The notes beneath the pieces are model-generated. The model made no database searches, had not been told where the DNA came from, and saw nothing but the letters and a program-made list of their open reading frames with translations. Source: Podarcis liolepis (taxonomy: Eukaryota). Taken from it: 64,000 nucleotides of DNA. The translations under genes and the position numbers were made by a program. Position 1 is the first letter of the stretch. Every line of letters starts with the position of its first letter. This document shows, piece after piece, positions 35,444 to 46,382 of this stretch. The stretch lies in the NCBI GenBank assembly GCA_965112155.1, contig OZ218100.1; one strand, 5' to 3'.

Positions 35444-36235
35444 TGTCAGAGCTGCTTGAAGATCCTAGCTCACAGAGGATCACGCTAGCCAGCGGTCATT
35501 AAGTAAAAGTCTTTATTGAATTACAGTTTCCATTCTCACGCTGCTGCGCGCAACTCTACGCCTAGTAGCTAGGTCGGCGAAGCTCCGTCTGAGTCTCCGC
35601 CCTGTGTGCACCAACTTAATATCCTAGCCTTGCTCCACCTTTTCCTCCTGACTGTCCTCCTCTGGGTCCCTCTACCCCCCGGGGCTTCTTCCTTCCGGGA
35701 TTCTTCTGACGCTGACCCAGACCCTCCTGCCTCTTTGCGCCGGGCTTTAGGACCTGGCTCTCTTTCGGGGCTGCTTACTGCGCCGCCTTCCTCTGCATTT
35801 GAACTTGGCGCGCGCGCCCAACCTTCCACTTTCCTCTCAACCGTTTCTTCGCTCCCCGATGGAGGTGTGGCCATCCCCGACTCATGTCCTCCCTCCTGTG
35901 GAGGTGTGGCCACTCCTGACTCATGTCCTCCCTCCTGTGGTGAGCTGCCAGCGCTTCCCCCCTGGCTCCCTTCCTCTTCCCTGCTTCCTGGCGGTGACGC
36001 TGGTCCCGATTTCCAGCTGCTCCCCCCTGAGTCCTCTCTGGCTCTGTCTTCCTGGGGTGCCCCCCTAGACTCCCCCCTTGCCCTCGCCACTGGTGCTCCT
36101 TTCTGTGAATCCTCTGATTCACTGGAAAGACTAGGAGATCTCGGGTCGTCGTCGTCACTCATCTTTTCTTCTGCCTCCTCCCCTTCGCTCTCTGTTTCCT
36201 CCCTTGCCCGTGCTTCTGCTCCTAAACCCCTGACA
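35444..36235 (-). repeat. 5' LTR (792 bp): U3 about 36235-35591, R from about 35590, then U5
   Basis: TATTAA at 35621-35616 (about -31 from the predicted start), AATAAA at 35517-35512, TG...CA ends. Confidence 0.97.
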
Positions 36236-37213
36236 ATATTAAAAATTCAGAAATATAGGAAAATAAATAGGAACCATCCTAGGAACCAGTAACACATCAT
36301 AAGTTACAGCACAAAGGGAACTTCATAAGCAACTTAGTAGTTTCCACTATCTAGGAACATATGATGTTCAGACTATTCAACACTATTTTCATCACTCTCT
36401 GAAAAGCACCAACATTCTTGTCATCAGTGATGGGATTTTCTATTCAACCACACCTATTTATTATCTGTATAGCAACTAATGCAAATGTGGCAAGAAGAGA
36501 AAGGAATTGGGCATTAACTTCTCTGCCAATTATATTTCGTGCTGCCTTATTTTGTTCCAGTTGCATCTTATTGAACAAAAAGGAAGGAATGCCAATACAC
36601 TGTTGATAACCAATTGTTTAAAGTGCTATGCCCAGTTTTTATGGTGAGTATTTAAGTTGCGTATGGGAAATGAAAATCAATAGCTGAGCAATGAGGCATG
36701 CAGGTTGGAGAGATGTGAGTGGAAATGGAGTATTGGTGTTAAGCAGTACTAACAGGGCTTATAATTTACGGTTGAATTTGGTTTTCTTTCTTTTGGAATC
36801 AGAAGAATAAGTTGGCACATTTTCAGCCCCTTTATTTATCATTTGGTATTTAAGACAAATATATAGGGACTGCATAAACAACCCCAGCTTTTTATTAAAA
36901 ACGCCACAATTTGTTTTTCCATTCTTGAACCTGGGAACTTCTGCACGTAAAGCAGGTGCTCTGCTACTGAGCAATGGTCCCAACCTCTACGTCCAGTGGG
37001 GCTTACTCCTTGTAGGATTCAGTATTCAAATATGCTTACATTGGCCAATGCATCTGACCGCCTTTACAGGGCTGCTTGAGTAGAAACCATCTGCTGTGGA
37101 GATTGTGGAAACTATTCCATTTCCCCTAGAGAAACAGTTGTGGAGGCTGGGCAGTAGGATCAATGGGTTTATAGGCTAATCCAGTTTAGCAAATCCTGTG
37201 AAATGCTACATTC

Positions 37214-37233
37214 GTGTGTGTGTGTGTGTGTGT

Positions 37234-37266
<33 letters not shown>
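37214..37266. repeat. (TG)n microsatellite
   Basis: Read directly; one interruption. Confidence 0.95.
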
Positions 37267-37270
<4 letters not shown>

Positions 37271-40200
37271 ATAAAAGAAACCTCTTCTGAATATCACTGA
37301 GGAGACCACTAGTGATAGATCCACTGGAGAGTCAAACAATTAAAATGCAAAGGTTTCGGGATGCATGTAACCAAACAACCTACATATTAAGAATGAGCAG
37401 AAAAGGCAAAAGCAAACAAAATGGAGTAAGTGGAGGGGTGGGATGAAGTGGGTGCAGGAGGGAGACAATCCCTCCATAAGCCACTGCCACAACAAACAAT
37501 ATACATATCCCCAAAGATGCATACTAAAGAGAAAGGCACAATACTTTTCTTCCATTGCAAAGACTGTCCTTGAGCCCAGCTCCCCATGGGGTGACTTAGA
37601 AGCTTTTGAAAGGGAGTTTAAAAGAAATGAGTGGGGAAATAGGTTTCGTTTGAATATCTATTTAAAAAACTGTATTGAAGTCAGTTTATAGACAGCCCCA
37701 TAAAGCTGTCTGTCAAGCGGCGACCCAATCTGGGTGAGAAATCTGTTCAATTAAAAAGGAAAGATCACTCCAGATGGAATTGGCTGGATGAACGGCCAGC
37801 TACTCAGAGATAGGATTCTCTCTTTGAAGGGGAGATACCAGGAGCGCAAGAAAAATGTATAAAAATGCAAGTGCCAATAATTTCTGGGTTATTTTGTTTG
37901 GGTTTTGTCTGAAGTCATGACAGGTTTCTCAGCCACCTGAGCCTCATTATTCTCAGGAGAAGGAATGGCCCTCAACACACCAGCCTCTACAAAAAAGAGG
38001 CCTGACTGGCTAATTTGATATTTCTCCACCATTAATATTCATCTTTTCACTCAAGTGACACCAAATGCGACCTGTCAGATTTACCTCCCCTGCTGCTTTC
38101 TGTTTTGGTTTGAGAAAGTCAGGCTGATATGGCAGCTTTAGCTGATGCAATTCGCAGATCATTGCCATTCAGAAGCAGCTTTTGTGTAATGAGATTGGAA
38201 AGTCAAGCCATCTAGCCTTAGCCTCTGCAGAGGGCTACTGATTTCCTAGAGAACCTGAGTTGGTATCAGCCTTCAGTTGTTGTTGTTTTGTCAGCCAATT
38301 CTATAAGAATACAAATTTAAAAGGTAATGAAATGGGATTCAAAATTTAAAGGACAGTAAAATGAGTGGCACATGTTCATCTCCCAAGATGGAGCCAGAAT
38401 GAAACCATTTCAGTACGAATTCATTATCCAAAATGAAGTTGTCACAGAAATAGTAGAGAAATGCATCTGGATTGCAAAACCAAAGACTAATATGAGGAGA
38501 CATTCAGCACGTCTGGTCTTCCAGTTGCTGTTGGACATTCCCCGACCACCTACCTTGTTGTCTGAGACTGATGGGATAACATCTGAATAGTCACAAGTCC
38601 CTCATCTCAGGCTTAGGAAACACACCTGTCAGGAAACCCAACCAGGAGGTTTTTCTCAGAAAAACAACAGGGACAACTGGACAAGATACAACTAAGTCAA
38701 GTGCCACCTAGTGACTAAATTATATAATGACAGACACCCTGATTATAAATAGATTTCTGTACATATAGCTGTTCAGGATGCATGACAGCAGAAAATAGCT
38801 TTTCATATGGGCCTTGACAGGTTTCTACAAGAATATACAATATTTTGCAACTGATCAGGCAGGACTATTACAGGAACCCAATGCATGCTTCCTCGGAACT
38901 AAGGCTTTGACTAAGGCAGCTTCCTACCTAATTACAGTAATCTGATTAGGATTACAGCTCTACAGAATGACCCCATTTAGTTGAGTATGGTTGCATTACC
39001 TGGGAGTAAGCCCATGGAACTCAGTGGGGCTTCTGAGAAGACATATATAGGACTGCACTGTAAGGCAAGCCAGCACCTATTTGGATACAAAGCAGGATTT
39101 ACTTTGAAGTAAACATTTATAGGAGGATTAAGATGGCCAGTTCCACTAGGATGCAAGATATATTTCTATATCCAGCAGACGTAGCTTAAGGGGAAAGCTC
39201 TTGGCTGTTGCAGCTGGAGAAAAAAATACTGACATTGCTAGGTAACTAAAAGTGATACATCTCTGTGCTTTCTATAAACACATGCTCACCACGCGCAGAT
39301 ATTTTTTTGTGTGTGTGTAGCATTTCGATATTTATCTAGTGTAAATCTGATACACACACACGATATTACATTCTTACTAAACATTGCTTCATATTGCTTA
39401 AAAAACCCCAATCTTGAATCAACAATTCAAGGAGGCAAATGTGTGTTTCCTGTACATATAGTACATGCTAAAACCAGTGAAGGGCAAAACTAAAATGAAA
39501 GAGAATGACTGAATCGCCAAGAGTAATAGGAGAATATCAAGGCTTGGGAAGATGACATAAGGCAGGAAGGCAGGAAAAGGTTGTGCGGTTACTACCCGCA
39601 TGCAAATCAATCCCTTTGTCAATGTCTGCAGCACATCTCTTTGAAGGATGAGTCACTGATTGAGTCATAGGTAAGTATACTTAATTGATTTGATAAGGGT
39701 GAGTGGGTGGGAAATGGAACTGGGGGATTATCTTTATATTTTGTACAGTTTATGACTAGCTAGCAAAGAGTTCCAGCTCCAGGTGAGTCATTTGCTGCAG
39801 AGAAGCAGACTGAATTCAACATTCAGACTAAAAAAATAATAATCTAAGAACAATAATGGGGATTTGCAAAATTATAAAATTGCCAATTTTTGGAAAAAAA
39901 TGCCAAGAAAGAGAGAGATTTGGAGCTGTATAAGCTTTATCTAAAGTCCTTCTGCAATATATTGGCATGAAGAAGTCATATGCACACACGGGGGGGGGGG
40001 GAGGAGAAGGCGAGGGATAGAAATATTTATCAGGGGTGTGTGACTGCAAATTGATGAACTGGGGTCTTGAGTCTGAATTTCAACACGTAACAGGAATGTT
40101 GAAAGCACTGCTGGAATAACCATGAAATAGGATAGCCCTTGAAGTAGTTCTGTGGCAAAATCTGAAGTTATATTACAATTGAAAGTAGTTGACTTGTATT

Positions 40201-41306
40201 ATAGCAGGATATATGAAATATACATTTATGGAATTTAAGGCAGCAATATACTTACCTAGGAATGAGTCACACTGAATTAAGTGTGGCTCACTTCCAACTA
40301 GATATGTATAGGATCACACTGTAAGTTTACATATGAAAAAGCTACATTGAATTCCAAATAATACCCTAAAGATGCAGCAACTGTGAAGTAAATTAAGCAA
40401 TCTTTCATCCTTAACTATCGACTTAAGAGCTTTGATTTCAGCTAGTACTGGATACATTAATATAGTTAATCATTAGATTAATCAAAGATAGCTTTAATTG
40501 CAGATTAATACTTGCCATTAATTGCATGTTGGAACAGAAAACAAAGAAAACTCAGTTTTTCTGAGAGGCATGCCATGCGTACATGTCACAGAGGCCCTGG
40601 AACCTGCATCAAATTTGACTTTTAAACAATTCCCTCTCCCAGTTTGTTTGTTCAAAAATGAGGTGTTATTCCCTACCCGCTCCCAATGGCAAAATTAGGG
40701 CTTTTCTATTAATAATTTGAAGAACAACAGGCTACTGAAATAGACAATGCTCAGCTGAGGTATATGTACAACGTATACCCAAATATTCCACAGGACAAAA
40801 GGGTCTTGAACTTCTTGCTTCTCATTCTATTGTGATGTGGAATAAATAATATTTCCTATGACATTGAAGCAATTTTGTTTCCCAGTCTATTGCGATACCA
40901 AGTGAAGAATATTATTTATTTCAAAATTGAGAAAGAAAATCTTAAAGAGGAGCAGTTGGATTTTATTTGTCAGGCTGTAAATTATTGGCCAAGGTTGCAG
41001 GTTTGATCTCCGTAAGGGACAGCTGAATATTCCTACATTGCAGGGGTTTGAAACAGATCATCCTCAGAGTCCCGTCCAACTATATGATTCTATGATTCAT
41101 ATACTTGGGGCTGGTTCATACCAATACAGTGGGTGTATGCATTGGATCTGAATGGATTTTCATGGAGCTTGACGGGACCCCCAAGGGAGCTTCCCTTAAC
41201 TTGCTCCCCCCCCCCAATATTTTATTGTTTTTTTCACAAACATAAATAAAACTTGATCTTTTACAATCATCATATTATATCATCTTATTTACACTGCGTG
41301 AGTTCA

Positions 41307-41560
41307 CGCCCAGTGGTTAAGAGCAGTAGATTCGTAATCTGGGGAACCGGGTTCGCGTCTCCGTTCCTCCACATGCAGCTGCTGGGTGACCTTGGGCTAG
41401 TCACACTTCTCTAAAGTCTCTCAGCCCCACTCACCTCACAGAGTGTTTGTTGTGGGGGAGGAAGGGAAAGGAGAATGTTAACCACTTTGAGACTCCTTCG
41501 GGTAGTGATAAAGCGGGATATCAAATCCAAACTCCTCCTCCTCCTCTTCTTCTTCTTCCT
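41307..41560 (+). mobile_element. tRNA-derived squamate SINE (Squam3-like)
   Basis: cagtggttaagagc A-box remnant, gggttcgcgtctcc B box, (CCT/CTT)n tail; matches 991-1232. Confidence 0.82.
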
Positions 41561-42599
41561 TCCCTGCTTCGGTTTTATTAATTTATATCTTCTCTCCCTT
41601 AACTTGATGATACTTCTTCCTTGGGTGCAGATGGTGTTGTTTTAGCTACATAAGGATCAGCACCCAGAGAACTGAGTTTGTTGTTGTTTTGAGTGGATAG
41701 AGCAATGGATAGAGCAGCCTGTGAAGCCAACATCAAAAATTGAAGACAAGCTTTCTGCATGCAAGTGATTTCTCTTGATCGGAACCTAATGGGTTAATAA
41801 CTGCATGTTGAAAAACCTTGAGGTGGCTAGAATGCTGGGCAGCTGCAGACATGCTCCACCAGAGGCATTAAAGCTTAGTACTTCCTTAAGATGCACAATA
41901 GACGATGCACACTATAAATCAACCTGCACTTATTATGTCAGCTCAGGTTTGATTCTGCTTTTCAGTTTGTATTGGGGAAAACCGAGCTCTATCTGGAAAA
42001 AGACTGTTTACTAACCTCCTGCCAGAGGCACTAAGGAGATACTTACTTATGAAAAGAAGTGATTTTGCTTTCGCTTGGCTGAACATCAGCACAATGGTAT
42101 TCTGCTTGCTAAAGGCTTTTAGTTTAAAAATACCTAAAGCAAAAATGGTAGAAAAGTGAGTGGTCTAGAAAGGGTCAATTTAACACAAAGGGCCTTTCTC
42201 CAGAAATGTAGAGATTAACATCATGCCAGAAGCAAAGTTCAAATATATTACTGTTGCTTGAATGGTGCTTTGGCTGCAGTTTCCTTCTCTGAGTCACAAT
42301 TTCCAGCAACTTTATCAAACTATAGTTCCCAGGATTCTTTGGGGGAAGCCATGTGCTATAATGTGCACTGTATGTGCATTAAATATTTGTTGTAGATCTG
42401 CCCAGTATTAGTTGTGGTTCGCTTTCTGACTTCCCAACTTACTTGTCTATTTTTATTTTTCACACAGAGAGACACCTAGGTGACATTACCTCCAGCCATA
42501 CTGGGGGCAGGGTGATGGTGAAGAAAAACATTCCCTCTTTTCAACAAGGATTGTTCTTCTGTATGTTTGGTTACTGTATCTTTAGCAATACCTTTCACC

Positions 42600-43392
42600 G
42601 ATTTTTCCAGGAAATAGGTTAAGCTAGCCAGCCTGAAATTCTAGAACTCTGCTGGATCAAGTTATGGACAAGTTATGGACAAGTTACATATTTTTGTTAG
42701 AAGATTAACTATTTCACAATTCCTACCCACAACTCTTGGATGAATGCCATTGAGGTCTGGTGATTTGTCAGTTTTTATTTCGTCAATAAGGCCTAGAACT
42801 TTGTCACAACTATTTCCTTCAATTCCTCACTCTCTCCTAGAGTTAATTCAGGCTCGGGACTCGGCCCTATATCTTCTGCTGTGAAGATAAAGGGAAATAA
42901 TTCATTCAGCTTCTCTGCAATCTTCTTTCCCTCTGTTTGCAGATCTTTAATTCCCGTGTCACCAAGGTCCAACTGCCTCCCTAGACAGTCTCTTGCTACT
43001 AAGGCATTTAAATATGTTGCTGATGGTGGCCGTTATGCTTTTAGCAATGTGCACCTCAAATTCCTTTTTACCATACTTTCTTGTCTGTGTGCATTTTCCT
43101 TTGCAAAGTTTGTGTTCCTTTTTGTTCTCATTATTTTGAAAGAAGTGTCTGTGAACCTGGGAGTTTTGAGGATGTTCAGAAACTGAACTAAATCTCAGAG
43201 TGTCGCCTGCAGGACCCTCTTGTTAACCACAGTGGCATCCCCCTGGCCCCAGTGGTACATTCCCTGCTCTTCCATATGTACTCCAGTTGAGCTTGGAATA
43301 TTGTATTTTTAAAGCATTTTGGAAAGATTAGACCCTCTTGACTTTGCCTTTTGACTTCCTTTTTACCAATCCCTTTATTCTGGGGAAGGGAA
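42600..43392 (-). mobile_element. CR1 LINE ORF2 internal fragment
   Basis: Minus strand DKSPDLNGIHPRV matches the CR1 KSxGPDGIHPRVL motif; degenerate; flanked by a 27-bp direct repeat. Confidence 0.65.
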
Positions 43393-44886
43393 ACTGTATT
43401 TTTAGCAATACCTTTCACCAGTTTGAAGTTGAATGTGATCTTGCATGTTCTTGGCAATTGGCATTTTACATATATATTTAATTTAATAGCACTGTGCTCA
43501 CTGTTCCCAATTGTTTCAGTAGCACTTACTACTCACACCACATCCTGGGCACCATGTACAGCTCAGAGATCTAGCTTGAATGGCCTGTGGTTTCTCTTTC
43601 GGGCTTCTACAGGTCTTTGTATCACTTGTACTGTTTGCAATAAGATAGCTGTCTGGGAAGAGCTTTTTCAGTGCCCTTCCTACATTTCAACGTTTTTTTC
43701 ATCCTCCTTCTCCTCCAGTCTTGGGGAGTGGGAATTCATCAAGGTCCACAGTGACGTGAATCCAAGGAGAACTGAAAGTGATCCGATGTTGGAGAAAGTG
43801 CCTCAGATTTACTTGCCTCAGCACTTTCTGCTCCTCCAGCACGAAGGATCTTCTTACATAGGCAGAAGCAAAATAAATGTCATTCAATGACACTTTCTCC
43901 TTGGACAAAGCAGACAAAGGGAGGCAGGGTGAGGGAATCCTTTTTTTCTTTCCTTTCCTAAGCGGCTTTACTTGAAGGAATCCAAGTTCAGCTAATTAGT
44001 ATGCTTGATTAGAAGGCAAGGACCAGGACCCTTTCCAGAACTTACACAAGGAGTCGTCGTATACTTGCCCATAGGAAGCTACCATATGCATTGTTCCATG
44101 TAACTCAGTACTGCCTACAATGAATGGCAGCATCGGTCCAAGTTTTTAGATGGGGGACATTTTCATCCAATCCCAATGCCGGGGATTATACCTGGGACCT
44201 TTTGCACATGCTCTACCTCTGAGCCACGTCCCTTCTATCTAGTCCAATATTGTCTACAGCTAGCAGCTGCTTTCAAGGTGAGGGTCTTACCCAGAAGCCT
44301 GTGTGAGGTGAGTGGTGGTGGGGACAGCAGGGCTGGGGAAGGGAATGGCAGGAGAAATGGTGGCTGCCTTCTCTTCTGCTGCAACGGCAGAATTGAAAGC
44401 ATATGAATGTTCTTTGGCTTGCAACCTTGTCTCCAGAGGAGACGAAATAAAATATGCAGGCAGCTATGCATGCATTAACTGCATTATTAACACAGTTGCC
44501 TGCCTCTATTAAGCTAGAGAGACAAGAATAACTATCTAGATGACGACTGAAGACATCATTTGCCAACCTGGTGCCATTGAGATGTTTTGGAGTCGACATG
44601 CCAGCTGGGACAGATGGAAGTTGTGGTGTAAAAATCAGGGAGGTTGGCAAAGGCTGATCTGTGAATTCTTGGTGAAGGGTGCTGGAAGTCATTCCCCCCT
44701 CAAAGCCAAGTGGGACGCTGCATGAGCGCCCTGCGGTTGCCAACTTTTCAACTGGCTCCATTTGGTGTGCCTTTCACCACTGATTTGCAGACCTTAGTGG
44801 GTGGAGCAATGCTCCATGCTGTGAAAAGGCTTCAACTACTGGCTCCTGCTTATCAAATGACTCTTAAGAAGTCTTCCCTGCTGGGC

Positions 44887-45078
44887 AGGGCCCCAGCTCA
44901 GTGGTGAAGCACCCGCTTTGCATGCTGAATGTCCCAGGTTCAATTCCCCAGGCTGAGAATACTGCCTGTGTGGAACCCTGAAGAACCACAGAACCATACA
45001 GTTGGAAGGGACTCCAAGGGTCAGGCCAGTCAGTGTAGACAACACTGAGCTAGACAGACTAGGGTTCTGACTTGTTAT
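44887..45078 (+). mobile_element. tRNA(Ala)-like SINE (Squam2-like)
   Basis: agctcagtgg A box, ttgca anticodon-like loop, ggttcaattccc B box, ccagtcagtgtagacaacactgagctaga body. Confidence 0.7.
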
Positions 45079-46366
45079 AATGACTACATCCTAAAGGCTC
45101 CGCCCCCCGCAGCTGCCCAATCAAGTGGCAACCCAGGAAACACATGATCCTTTTTACAACACAGTGGCAGCAAAACAAAGGCAACAGCGCCTTCTTCCTT
45201 CCAAAGGTGGTGAACCTCAGGCCCGGTAGTGCTCCGTTGCTGGGTTGCAAGGCATCCTTGAACTGTGACAGCGTCTCTTGCCTTTCCTGGATGGGAATGG
45301 AGAGGATCTCTGTGTTCAGAAACCTCAGGCTTGCATGCGGCTGGGATGTGGCCTATTTGTACAAAAGTAAGAATCACACCCAGTTGTTTCACCCACTTTC
45401 TGCCTCTCGCCCTGCCCACCGCTGCCACACAACCCCTGCTAAAAACATTTTTGTTTGGATAAACCTAACCAGATATGGCAGGTGCTTTTATCTTATCAAT
45501 GACTTTAATTATTTTTGAATGTTTTAAAATAGCTGTTTTAACTCTTTTTTTACTGATAATTTTATCGTTTTATTCTTTTTGAATATATATATATATATAT
45601 ATATTGTGTACATATTGTACATAGATCTATACTTTTGTATATATATTCTCTTTGAGGTTTGTAAAAAAAAAAACCCCAAGCAGTGTATAATTTTTATGAT
45701 ATAATAATAATTAAAAAATGGTTTTTTTATTTATTTACTGCCTTTCACCCAAAGGTCCCAGGGTGAGTCACAGCATTAAAACCCAATATTAAAAGCAAAC
45801 TTTTAAAACAACTTTCTTTAAAAAGGTGCAAATTATTTTCTTTCTTTTTTGCACAGCAAAATGTTCCAGCTAGAAAATGCTTGAAAATGTTCAAGTGATA
45901 CTTGTGAGCATGCTCAAAATGATATCCAGCTTGGACCAAGAGCAGAAAACAGTGGGGGGGGGGCGGGCGGGGTCTGGCTCACCTGTCTGGCTTGTGGACT
46001 ACCTGATGAGCCACTGTAGAGAGCAGGATGCTGCACTAGGATGCCTGTTGGGGATGGTCCAGCAGGGCTCCTCTTATGCTGTTAGGTATACAGGTTGAAC
46101 ATATGTTGTAACAAACACAGCAGTACCCCGATCACAAAGCCGATAAGCAAAAGTAAATCAGCAGTTGTTTTTAAAATTCTGCCTAGAAATTATTCCGAGC
46201 AAGCGAACAGATCCGCGAGAGAAAAAGAAATAAAAGAGGGTTTTGTTGTTATTGTTTTTAAATTACAGCTTGAATACTAACAGAGAAACGACCTTTCCAT
46301 GAGATACTCTCAAAGGCTGCATAAACCAGCTGAAAAAATGCAGAGGAAGACTTTAAACATTGGAGA

Positions 46367-46382
46367 GTGCCCTCTGGTGGCC
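46367..46382 (-). promoter_or_regulatory. Candidate CTCF site
   Basis: Minus strand GGCCACCAGAGGGCAC closely matches the CTCF core consensus; motif only. Confidence 0.5.

Larger units (their letters stand above)
29614..36235 (-). mobile_element. Full-length Ty3/Gypsy LTR retrotransposon (chromovirus, Tf1/sushi group), 6622 bp
   Basis: Two 792-bp direct repeats with TGTCA...TGACA ends; 5-bp TSD ATATT (29609-29613 and 36236-36240); uninterrupted gag and pol in PR-RT-RH-IN-chromodomain order. Confidence 0.98.

Noticed and set aside
35569-36162. 197-aa ORF in the 5' LTR
   Set aside because: Just the LTR duplicate of the pol tail; nearly all of it lies upstream of the predicted TSS.
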